From positions 1 to 31,479 of IMG/VR virus record IMGVR_UViG_3300020458_000001: DNA of 31,479 nucleotides; one strand, written 5' to 3'. Position 1 is the first letter of the stretch, and every line of letters starts with the position of its first letter. Shown piece after piece: positions 23,942 through 31,479 of this stretch. The translations under genes were made by a program, and so were the position numbers. The notes below the pieces were generated by a model. That model saw only the letters and a list, made by a program, of their open reading frames with translations, made no database searches and was not told the DNA's origin. This DNA comes from a virus. Its lineage: Duplodnaviria > Caudoviricetes.

Positions 23942-25849
23942 TTATTGCGGCGGCATCATCTCGGGCGGCATCATATCCGGCGGCATCATATCCGGCGGCA
24001 TGGGCGCCCCAGGCGGCATCATATCCGGCGGCATCATCTCAGGCGGCATCATCTCGGGCGGCATCATCTCGGGCGGCATCGGGGCCTGCGGTGGCATCGC
24101 CTCGGCCTGGTCTTGGGCCGCTTGCGCCTCTGCGCGCTCGAGCAAGCTGGCTGCGTCCCCCACCCACTGACGGAGGAGCGCGATCCGATCATCAGGAGCC
24201 CCTTTTAGTTGCGACGACTGAATCGTCCTGCTGGCGAGCTCAATCCCGCGGATTAGATCCATGCTCGGCTCTGGCGGGATATAATCGTCTCCATCGAGAA
24301 TACGCTCAAACACCTTCATCAGGAGCTCCTCGGGGCCGACTAGGTTGTCTCTCACCGACTCAAAGTCCGGAACATCCAGCAGACGCAAGAACGTGGCGTT
24401 GTCGATTGTTCCACGTGACAGCATCTCCTCCAAAACCTGAAGCTTGCCCGCCGGGCTTTGTGGCAGCGCGCTAGTCGGGAAAACTTGGAGTCTATAGGTG
24501 TCGTCCTCAAGATTGATCTCGCGCCATGGGATGCGCTCCACGACTCCACCCTGCTCAAATAGTACCTCGTGGGATGGATCATCCTCGGACAACTGGTGCT
24601 CGAGCGCGACAATTTCTCGAGCAAGATCAACATATAGCTGCTCATAAGCTCTACCCAGGTTCACAAATCGCCTCGATTGCACGTCCGAATAAATCCGGAG
24701 GGCCACTCCACTCGATAACCCGGCGGGCTTGGTGCTCGTGGCTGATAGCTGACTTACTCCAAGCTCCTCAAATATCCAGCCGGTGAGGCGATCGATATGA
24801 TTGTAAACTTCGGCGTTCATCGCCTGAGGTGCCAAAAATAGGGGGGGCTGCCCGTCGTATTCGACGATCGTCCCGACATCGTTGATCATGTGGCCTTTCG
24901 TGATCCCCGACTGTCTGCTGACAAAAATCCGCGGAACGCTAATCAGGTGCATTGACTCGGCAACCCTCAGCAGAAGCTTATTTAGCTCAAGTTGGGCTGG
25001 CGCGGCGCGTCTAACCAAAAACTCTCCCCAAAACCCGCGCTGAGGAGGAACGCCGCGGATGAAGCAAAGCGGGAATTTGTCCCTAGTGTATTCCTCATCC
25101 AACAAGACCGCACCGTCGACCGCTATCGCGTGCCTGCCGTCGCTGCGTTCTCCATCCTCGGCGTATGTGCTCGGCAAATGCCAAGCCTCAATTACCTCAA
25201 CAGCATCCCGGTAAATGTCGGCCGCGTACCACTGCCGACTCGTGGGCGCCGGAGCAACATCAATCCACGCAGCCTGCTCCGGGAAAAGCTTTTTCAGCTG
25301 ATAGCGATCGACGACGCGCCTCAAATACATATCGCGCGGCATTACGTCAACGCAGCTCCGATCATCAATGAGAATGTTGACCGGGTGAATACGCTCTATT
25401 TTTACGCGCCCGCTTTCAATATACGGTCGAACGCAACCTAAGCCGCTCAAAATAGAATCACGCACAGCGTTGCGGCACAACTCGCGGGCCCCAGTTTCGT
25501 AGACTTTTGCGTCCACAAACTGCGTCATTTTTCGCGCTCTGCTCTGCGCTGTCCAGTCCCCGCCAATTGTCACAAACATTGGACGCGGCTGAGATGCCGT
25601 GACCTCGCTTGTCAGCGTGTCGACGGCGTTGGCAATCACATTGTGGCTAATGCGGCCGGTCAGCGGCAACAGTTGCGCGACTGTCCCCAGGTTGGGCCAT
25701 GCGGACGCGTCACCATAAAGACAGGAATAATTCAGGATCTGCTGTTGCCGATCTAGCGTCATGTCATCCACTTGACGCGCTCGGCTTGTTACAGCTGAAG
25801 CTAATTCGTCTCTATCAGTTGTCCACCAGTGCGACGATGAATAATCCAC
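23942..25849 (-). CDS. Portal protein (635 aa)
   Basis: NVIANAVDTL...PRP, RDSILSGLGCV, EVIEAWH, FWGEFLV...PAQLELNK, SGVALRIY; size and synteny. Confidence 0.88.
   Translation of the reverse strand: MDYSSSHWWTTDRDELASAVTSRARQVDDMTLDRQQQILNYSCLYGDASAWPNLGTVAQLLPLTGRISHNVIANAVDTLTSEVTASQPRPMFVTIGGDWTAQSRARKMTQFVDAKVYETGARELCRNAVRDSILSGLGCVRPYIESGRVKIERIHPVNILIDDRSCVDVMPRDMYLRRVVDRYQLKKLFPEQAAWIDVAPAPTSRQWYAADIYRDAVEVIEAWHLPSTYAEDGERSDGRHAIAVDGAVLLDEEYTRDKFPLCFIRGVPPQRGFWGEFLVRRAAPAQLELNKLLLRVAESMHLISVPRIFVSRQSGITKGHMINDVGTIVEYDGQPPLFLAPQAMNAEVYNHIDRLTGWIFEELGVSQLSATSTKPAGLSSGVALRIYSDVQSRRFVNLGRAYEQLYVDLAREIVALEHQLSEDDPSHEVLFEQGGVVERIPWREINLEDDTYRLQVFPTSALPQSPAGKLQVLEEMLSRGTIDNATFLRLLDVPDFESVRDNLVGPEELLMKVFERILDGDDYIPPEPSMDLIRGIELASRTIQSSQLKGAPDDRIALLRQWVGDAASLLERAEAQAAQDQAEAMPPQAPMPPEMMPPEMMPPEMMPPDMMPPGAPMPPDMMPPDMMPPEMMPPQ
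23945..24098. repeat. 15-bp tandem repeat encoding PP(E/D)MM at the portal C-terminus
   Basis: Repeated GGCGGCATCAT(C/A)TCN units; protein MPPEMMPPEMMPPEMMPPDMMPPGAPMPPDMMPPDMMPPEMMPPQ. Confidence 0.95.
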
Positions 25850-25850
25850 G

Positions 25851-26012
25851 TTACCATTTCTTTTTCCCTTGGTTGTTTTTGTGGCGCTCGATTTGGCTTA
25901 GACGTTTTTCCGCGGCCCCTCGGCTCGGATAGGTGCCTAACCTCTTTCGCTTGCCGGCGCTGTCTTTCGATTCCGAATAGATAACAAACTTTCCGTCAAC
26001 TTTGCGAATCAT
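25851..26012 (-). CDS. Small basic protein (53 aa), not in the ORF track
   Basis: Hand translation MIRKVDGKFVIYSESKDSAGKRKRLGTYPSRGAAEKRLSQIERHKNNQGKKKW; ATGA overlap upstream; ends 1 nt before the portal start. Confidence 0.8.
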   Translation of the reverse strand: MIRKVDGKFVIYSESKDSAGKRKRLGTYPSRGAAEKRLSQIERHKNNQGKKKW

Positions 26013-26395
26013 GTCAACCGCGCCTTGCTGCTTATTTCGGCATAAAGAAGCGTTTCAGCCTCCAAACTTCCGGTAAACGTTAACACAATTTGGCCAGCAA
26101 CAGCAGACGAAGACAGCGCCCACCCGGCCGCGCCAACGGTACCCTCTTGATGAATGAACTGATCTGCGCTTATTTGAGCCAACTCGGAGCCGGTGGGAAA
26201 ATGAAAACTTGAGCACAAGATTGCGTCCAGCGCATCCTCTCCAGAGATGGCCACCAGCCTCGTTTGTAGTGAAACCACAGAGGCCTCCGGAATCGTGAGC
26301 CCCTCGGGCCATCTCGCGATTACCGTCGAAGCCTCGGCGGCAGACGCCATTGAGACCTCGAGCGAGCCGCTACCACTTGCTAAATAGCTACCCAC
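26009..26395 (-). CDS. Hypothetical beta-rich protein (about 128 aa)
   Basis: GTG 26395 with GGAGG upstream; alternative start ATG 26350. Confidence 0.65.
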   Translation of the reverse strand: MGSYLASGSGSLEVSMASAAEASTVIARWPEGLTIPEASVVSLQTRLVAISGEDALDAILCSSFHFPTGSELAQISADQFIHQEGTVGAAGWALSSSAVAGQIVLTFTGSLEAETLLYAEISSKARLT

Positions 26396-26630
26396 TTTTC
26401 GGCGGCCTCCCGCGACGTCTCGGCGCCTCATCCACGACTACCCGGCTGCACATACTCAGCGGAAAGAAGCAGACATCACCGCTCGGCGTTTCAGCAAACA
26501 CGACAGCGGAGCCGCTAGCTGTTCCGAGGTGCAGGTTAATGTTGTCTCTCTCGGCGCTGATCTCCGTCACTGTTGAGTCGCGCCCAGGCGGGGCCACGAA
26601 AGACAGGAAGCGCACGGACAGAACTTTCAT
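26388..26630 (-). CDS. Hypothetical protein with C-terminal AT-hook-like RRRGRPPK (80 aa)
   Basis: ATGA coupling; motif seen in the translation. Confidence 0.7.
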   Translation of the reverse strand: MKVLSVRFLSFVAPPGRDSTVTEISAERDNINLHLGTASGSAVVFAETPSGDVCFFPLSMCSRVVVDEAPRRRGRPPKSG

Positions 26631-26908
26631 CGGGCCATCTTTCGTAAATCAAATGGCACAAGCCCGCCGCCCGCATACAGCTCTTCTTCGTGCCTCCGCG
26701 AAGCCACTTCAGGCAACTCGGCAAGCGATGAGACCGGCGCAAGGCTTTGGGGCTTTGGGGCGAACGTCATCTCGACCGCCCCGAGTTTTATTTGGGCCAC
26801 GCCATGACGGTGCATCACAACACAAAGCTCGTCTATCAGCCGGATATCAGTTTTGGTCAGTGAGCCAGCTTGCCGCTTGCGCGGTTTGGTAACTTCCCGT
26901 TCGCTCAT
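26627..26908 (-). CDS. Hypothetical protein (93 aa)
   Basis: Overlaps the TerL end by 62 nt; coupled to the next gene. Confidence 0.65.
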   Translation of the reverse strand: MSEREVTKPRKRQAGSLTKTDIRLIDELCVVMHRHGVAQIKLGAVEMTFAPKPQSLAPVSSLAELPEVASRRHEEELYAGGGLVPFDLRKMAR

Positions 26909-28337
26909 CGTTCAGCTCTCTTTCCAGTCGAGCCACTTCCTCGACCTCTTCATCCGTCCACCCGGCCGGCATTTCCGCCGGGGCGCCAACGGGCTTACCA
27001 GCTTTCGGCCAACACGCCAAAATCATAGCCGATACCAGATCGGAATGCCCGCCACCGCTGCGGCGCGGGAGAATCATCCGGACGCGACCGCTGGGCGTGG
27101 GGGCAGATTGCACCTCACACAAATCGCGGAGTAGTTGCTTGTTGTTCGGTATCTTTATCCGACCACCGTGCAACAGCGTTCTAAATCGCACATACGTGCT
27201 AGGCACGTCCCGGGGCGCAATCTGAAAGCCTAGATTCTCATCCGCCAAATGCTCGGTGATGCTTTCTTGATAGTGTCCATCTGCCATTAGGCTAGAGATG
27301 TTGTGCCGCTTGCACACGTCCGCGAACGCTCTCACGGTCTCGCTCGGACGCAGCGGCCCCGTTGTCTGTGGGCACAACTCGAGCATATCGGCCAAGATCA
27401 TCACATCGGCGCGTCGGTGCACAACGGCAAGCGCCGAGCTATCTCGGCGAAAACCAAAGTCGGCCCCGGCTGTCACACTCTCACCCTGTCCTGCAATTCG
27501 TGGGATTTTCAGCCACTCGTCTGCCGCCGCCGCGATCGCGGTATGGTCAAAAAAGCTGGCCGCGCTAGCGCTCATTGGCTCCGCCGCATATTCTCGCCTG
27601 AACGTTGCCTCATCCGGCTCGAGCATCCGGCAGCCGTCTTCCGTCAACGTCGGATTAGCTTCCCACGATGTAGCCGCCGCAACCATTTGTTGCGGTGTAT
27701 CGCCCGCCGCAAAAGCTTCCGCGTGCGCATCAATCGTGCTCCATGGCGACGAGATCATGAACTCGCGGGCGTTTTTCATAGTTGCCATTGAAGGCCGAAT
27801 TGAGCGTAAAACCTGCGTCGCTGGATTGGCGCCTGTCTCATTGTCAAGCCAGCGCGCGAGTTCATCGAACACGCAGCCGATGCACGTAAAACCCACGGCC
27901 GTCCTAAAGCTTGCGGCATAGGTGCGAAATTCTACCGGCATATCTTTTATCCGAATGCGCGTAGCGTCTTTCTCGTACCCAACCCGCATAGCGTCAAGAA
28001 TTGCCGCTATGGTTTTGAGCCGCTCGCTTGACTCTGATCGCGTAACACTCACGATCGCAAACACTCCAACGTCCCCGGGCGGGATATTGTGCTCGCCATA
28101 GAGAGCTTCGGCCACCGCCACCCGGCAAAGCGTGGAACTCTTTCCGCCGCGGCGGCCAGCCCTGACAATCAACCGCCGCTTGCCACCCTTGTAGAAGGCA
28201 TAAAGCTGGTCTCGCCACCATGGGCTCATGGGAGGGAACCTATGGTAGGCCAGTAGCTCATCAAGCAACATGAGCCTTCTGAACGGCTCCGCGCTGCTTC
28301 GTTCCTGTTGCGCGGCAAAGTTTATAGCAGCGCTCAT
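26847..28337 (-). CDS. terL: Terminase large subunit
   Basis: Walker A RAGRRGGKS, Walker B CVFDELA, motif III MISSP, FRREYAAE, nuclease GADFG and HSDLVSA. Confidence 0.95.
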   Translation of the reverse strand: MSAAINFAAQQERSSAEPFRRLMLLDELLAYHRFPPMSPWWRDQLYAFYKGGKRRLIVRAGRRGGKSSTLCRVAVAEALYGEHNIPPGDVGVFAIVSVTRSESSERLKTIAAILDAMRVGYEKDATRIRIKDMPVEFRTYAASFRTAVGFTCIGCVFDELARWLDNETGANPATQVLRSIRPSMATMKNAREFMISSPWSTIDAHAEAFAAGDTPQQMVAAATSWEANPTLTEDGCRMLEPDEATFRREYAAEPMSASAASFFDHTAIAAAADEWLKIPRIAGQGESVTAGADFGFRRDSSALAVVHRRADVMILADMLELCPQTTGPLRPSETVRAFADVCKRHNISSLMADGHYQESITEHLADENLGFQIAPRDVPSTYVRFRTLLHGGRIKIPNNKQLLRDLCEVQSAPTPSGRVRMILPRRSGGGHSDLVSAMILACWPKAGKPVGAPAEMPAGWTDEEVEEVARLERELNDERTGSYQTAQAASWLTDQN

Positions 28338-28738
28338 TCTTCGCTTTCGGCGGCAGCGCGCTCGGCTTCTAGCGCTGATTCTAACATCTCAATGCGCCTT
28401 TCGCGCGGTAGCGCCGCCACATCGTCGGCCGTCATGAGAGCAGACACGTCCACAGCTTGCGCCACTTTGCCATCGATGCGCTCAATTACTTCTTTGGCAA
28501 ATGGAAACTTCCCACCCAGAGCCTCATTAATAAAAAGCTCCACAAGCCTTTCAGCCAGCTCCCCGCCCTTGTCATCAAAGACTCTTTTCTGGAGAATCGC
28601 GCCCAGGGTTTTCCCTTTCGGCCGGCCGGCGGGGTTGCCAGATTGGCCCTTTTCCCATTGATGCGGCCGGATGTTTTCGTGGCCCTTGTTTTTCCGGTGC
28701 TTTTCAGCGGGCCCATTTCCATCCGACAAATCAATCAC
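28334..28738 (-). CDS. terS: Terminase small subunit (DUF5681-type)
   Basis: WEKGQSGNPAGRPKG and KEVIERIDGKV; directly upstream of TerL. Confidence 0.85.
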   Translation of the reverse strand: MIDLSDGNGPAEKHRKNKGHENIRPHQWEKGQSGNPAGRPKGKTLGAILQKRVFDDKGGELAERLVELFINEALGGKFPFAKEVIERIDGKVAQAVDVSALMTADDVAALPRERRIEMLESALEAERAAAESEE

Positions 28739-29136
28739 TCCTCATCGGCGAGCGCCTCTATTAACTCGGCTTTCCGCATGCTCGAATACCCAGTGATCCC
28801 CTCCTCACGAGCGAGCGCCTTCAGCTCCACGGTTGTCAGAGTCGTCAAATCAATAACCTCGGTTTCCGGCTCCGGTTCCGGCTCCGGTTCCGGTTCCGGC
28901 TCCGGCTCTGGCTCTGGCGGCCAAGGGGGCGACCACGTAGACGTGGCCATGAGGGCCAGCGCTTCCGTGTGCGACATGACATCCAATCCAACAAATGGGC
29001 CAGGCGTGTCGCCCTGCCACTTGAGAACACACTGGGACCCGTTAACGCTGCGGCGCGCAGTATCGGTTGACTCAATAGCCGCCGCGAATTGTTCAGGCGT
29101 CGGAGGATTAGGGACTACGCAATAGCTGACAATCAT
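28735..29136 (-). CDS. Two-domain protein: unknown N-domain, (PE)n linker, Rho N-terminal-like HeH domain
   Basis: DLTTLTTVELKALAREEGITGYSSMRKAELIEAL matches Rho_N; 6-bp repeat at about 28862-28920. Confidence 0.85.
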   Translation of the reverse strand: MIVSYCVVPNPPTPEQFAAAIESTDTARRSVNGSQCVLKWQGDTPGPFVGLDVMSHTEALALMATSTWSPPWPPEPEPEPEPEPEPEPEPETEVIDLTTLTTVELKALAREEGITGYSSMRKAELIEALADEE

Positions 29137-30674
29137 GGCACATCCGGGGCGAGGTAACCCTCTACAGTGTTGATGGTTTGCATCGGGTATCCGTTTCCTG
29201 TCACGTCAACAATAGATCCATTAATATTTTCTGCGCTATCACCAGGGTCATCGCCCATCCGCCACCAGGCGAGCGCGTTCCCATAGGCGCTATGTGTGGC
29301 AACATCCGGAGGCGTGCCCGCGCCGTACAGCTCCTGCGCTTCAACGGTAGACAGCTCCTTGTCCCACAAGCTGATTTCTTCAAGCCTTCCAGCAAACGGA
29401 ATAAACGAGCCCGCCGCAGCGTAGCGGATTCCAGCCGTCATGCTAATCCACGGCACTATGATCGTTCCGGTTCCAAGCGTGTCGGGGCCCGTCGTCATCG
29501 CCTGGGCCACGCCATCGATCACCATGGAAATGCCAGCGGCGGCACGGCTCCCGTCATAGCTCGCAACGACATGATGCCATGCCCCATTGTTCCAACCTGA
29601 ACTATTTGTGATCGAGCCCAGCCAGTCGGCAGAGGTTGAGCTGTGGATCACAGCGAAGAACAACTCGCCGCCCGGCTCGAGTGTGAGCGTCCATCCGCGA
29701 TACGGACTGAAAGAATCAGCCCGCCCAAAAATACACTGTACCGCCGCGGTGCTCGAATTGAACCAGGCCGAAACGGACCAAGGATCGCCGGACTCTAGCG
29801 TCGGCGGGCTGGCAACCGGCCCGATGCTAGTGTAGCTGCTGACGCCATCAAACTGCATGCTCGTCAGATTCCACCAACCGTTCGCCACTTTCGTCACAAG
29901 ATCGATAGCTTCTGTGTTTTGCGGAGTTAGGTCATGGCCGCCGACAACGTCAACAATCAACGGCGTGCCCGCCGGATCGGTGCTGTCACCAGCTGCGTCA
30001 CCAAGCCGCCACCACGAGACCAGATTGCCTAGCCCGCTGATGTCTTTCGGATCGCCCCCGTTATAGAGCTCATTCGCCACATCAACGGCGGAGACTTCAG
30101 CATCAAACACTGAAACCTCATCGAGGCCACCCTGCAAAAAATAACCGGGAGACGAAAGCGCGGCCAACCTAAACGCTTCACCCGTCGCGTTGAACGTGTT
30201 CGATGCGAGCGCGTTGGCATTGATGACCGTGCCCATATCCTGCACGCCGTCGATATAGATTTTCAGCCCGTTCATGTCGCCCGTCGCGTTGCCGTCCCAA
30301 GTGAAACACATATGCACCCAGCGGCCCATCGCGATCCATTTGCTGCTGTTTATGTCGCCGTACACGAACCCCGCGAGGTTGTTAAAGAACTGGACCCACG
30401 GCACACCCAAGTAGATTCCGAACCAGTAGCCCCGGTAGGTCGGCGGCGGAAAACGTTTACCAGCTATCGTGTGATTTCCAGCGCGGTCACAACGCACCCA
30501 CGCCGAGAGCGTAAACGGCGAACCGATGTCAAAGTCGAAATCTCCATGGTCTGGGCCAACGGCTTCCTCGTCGATGCCATCAACCTGAAAGCTTTTCGCG
30601 TTCGCAAATACGGGAGGCGGCCCAGCTCCAGCAACCTGAACGAATGACGGGATAGCAATTTTGATTCCCAACAT
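29133..30674 (-). CDS. Tandem LamG / concanavalin-like fibre protein (513 aa)
   Basis: Two repeats of F/W(T/S)xSAW...WxHxxxT/S(W/Y)DG...IDGV...G.L(D/E)E(V/I)S...WWR(L/M)GD. Confidence 0.9.
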   Translation of the reverse strand: MLGIKIAIPSFVQVAGAGPPPVFANAKSFQVDGIDEEAVGPDHGDFDFDIGSPFTLSAWVRCDRAGNHTIAGKRFPPPTYRGYWFGIYLGVPWVQFFNNLAGFVYGDINSSKWIAMGRWVHMCFTWDGNATGDMNGLKIYIDGVQDMGTVINANALASNTFNATGEAFRLAALSSPGYFLQGGLDEVSVFDAEVSAVDVANELYNGGDPKDISGLGNLVSWWRLGDAAGDSTDPAGTPLIVDVVGGHDLTPQNTEAIDLVTKVANGWWNLTSMQFDGVSSYTSIGPVASPPTLESGDPWSVSAWFNSSTAAVQCIFGRADSFSPYRGWTLTLEPGGELFFAVIHSSTSADWLGSITNSSGWNNGAWHHVVASYDGSRAAAGISMVIDGVAQAMTTGPDTLGTGTIIVPWISMTAGIRYAAAGSFIPFAGRLEEISLWDKELSTVEAQELYGAGTPPDVATHSAYGNALAWWRMGDDPGDSAENINGSIVDVTGNGYPMQTINTVEGYLAPDVP

Positions 30675-30695
30675 AACGGCAGCAACTACATAACA

Positions 30696-31037
30696 TCACT
30701 CGCGGCGCATCGTCCACCACTCGGCAACAAGCTCGAGAAAATCAGCAAGCTCCAGCGTGACGCGCCAGCTCCCGCGAGTGTCCTTTGTGACCGCGATGGG
30801 CCAAAGCTTACGCTCTCCGCATGCCTCCGCCGCCTGAGCTAGCGCCGCGCGAATATTCGGTTTTTTTTGGTTCTTAACTTCGATGAAAAAAGCGCAATTT
30901 GTCACGTCGGCAACCTCCGAGCCGTCGCGGGTCTGAATTCCCCGCTTGATTGAGTCGCCGGGCATGGCCTCCCGGAACAACTCGGCAACTGCGCGCTCCC
31001 CGCGTTTCCCTTTGTCCCGTGACCGCTTGCCGCTCAT
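30696..31037 (-). CDS. Hjc-like PD-(D/E)XK Holliday junction resolvase
   Basis: SRDKGKRGERAVA...ADV...FFIEVKNQK...ALAQA. Confidence 0.85.
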   Translation of the reverse strand: MSGKRSRDKGKRGERAVAELFREAMPGDSIKRGIQTRDGSEVADVTNCAFFIEVKNQKKPNIRAALAQAAEACGERKLWPIAVTKDTRGSWRVTLELADFLELVAEWWTMRRE

Positions 31038-31207
31038 CGCTTCTTTTGCCGCTTACACTCTGCGCAAACCACGCTGCAACCCCGGTAGGTCCATCCGAGC
31101 GGAACACCTGGACCCTTGCTCGCCTTTTTCTTCTCCGCTGTCCAGTCCGTCGAAGCTCTGCGATCACACCCAGCGCAGCGCCAATGCCAACTCTTCGCCG
31201 CCGTCAT
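31034..31207 (-). CDS. Small zinc-ribbon protein (57 aa), not in the ORF track
   Basis: Hand translation MTAAKSWHWRCAGCDRRASTDWTAEKKKASKGPGVPLGWTYRGCSVVCAECKRQKKR; ATGA overlaps at both ends. Confidence 0.8.
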   Translation of the reverse strand: MTAAKSWHWRCAGCDRRASTDWTAEKKKASKGPGVPLGWTYRGCSVVCAECKRQKKR

Positions 31208-31479
31208 TGCTGCACCCTCTCCAGGAAGCCACGTAGCGCGGTCTTTGCCTGCTCCGGCGTTGCCGCTTGCGCCCTGTCGCGCTCGTGCCTCTTCGTGTGC
31301 GCCTCTTCGCGCCGGCGCTCATAGTCGGCCCGGTAGCCTTGGCGCTCGCCGGATTTGCGCGCGTTGTGCTCAAGCTCGGAGCGCGGCTTCGCATGCTGAA
31401 AAAATGCCCTGAGCTTCCGGCGGATGACCAGCGGACTCATGCCTGGATCAACATCACTAGCGCACTGAGGAACAGCGGC
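31204..31479 (-). CDS. Replication initiator, 3' part (continuation of 710..1)
   Basis: Same frame across the 77-bp overlap; the track's 78-aa ORF is its C-terminus. Confidence 0.75.
   Translation of the reverse strand, partial: AAVPQCASDVDPGMSPLVIRRKLRAFFQHAKPRSELEHNARKSGERQGYRADYERRREEAHTKRHERDRAQAATPEQAKTALRGFLERVQQ
31403..31479. repeat. Terminal overlap, copy 2
   Basis: Identical to 1-77. Confidence 0.97.

Noticed and set aside
30671-30694. ACATAAC direct repeat upstream of the LamG gene as a dif site or late promoter
   Set aside because: No paired XerC/XerD arms and no convincing -35/-10; one copy is just the start-codon context.
5940-31412. Many + strand ORFs such as 23757-24170, 27298-27921 and 28457-29125
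   Set aside because: Antisense shadows of well-supported, tightly coupled - strand genes in GC-rich DNA; their repeats (GGIIS, GSGS) mirror the sense-strand repeats.
31403-31479. 77-bp terminal repeat as a biological direct terminal repeat
   Set aside because: It falls mid-gene and 77 is a common assembler k-mer length; best read as circular overlap.

Overview
This window is an apparently complete, circularly assembled tailed-phage genome of 31,402 bp: bases 1-77 are repeated exactly at 31403-31479, and a replication gene reads through the junction. The virion module looks podovirus-like (TerS, TerL, portal, scaffold, major capsid, adaptor, nozzle, four putative ejection proteins, no tape measure or sheath). 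A divergent control region (984-1166) separates a short + strand recombination operon (ERF-like SSAP, SSB, PD-(D/E)XK nuclease) from a long - strand run (Cro-like HTH, replication initiator, resolvase, LamG fibre, packaging, head, tail, lysis). A separately promoted cassette of seven small genes lies at 3709-5904. I found no integrase, partition system, polymerase, tRNA or CRISPR array. The SSB and the transglycosylase resemble Myxococcota (Polyangia) proteins from memory, so the host call is inference. The most notable observations are: a small-gene cassette with a repeated AGGACAC junction motif bracketed by an exact 28-bp repeat; two adjacent ejection proteins with one full and one truncated Peptidase_S74 autocleavage domain; five in-frame structural genes separated only by TAG; a GTA-like head-spike base plus a tandem-LamG fibre with no evident tail fibre; and a branched RNA terminator ahead of two wall hydrolases. 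All family calls come from motif recognition by eye, not database searches.
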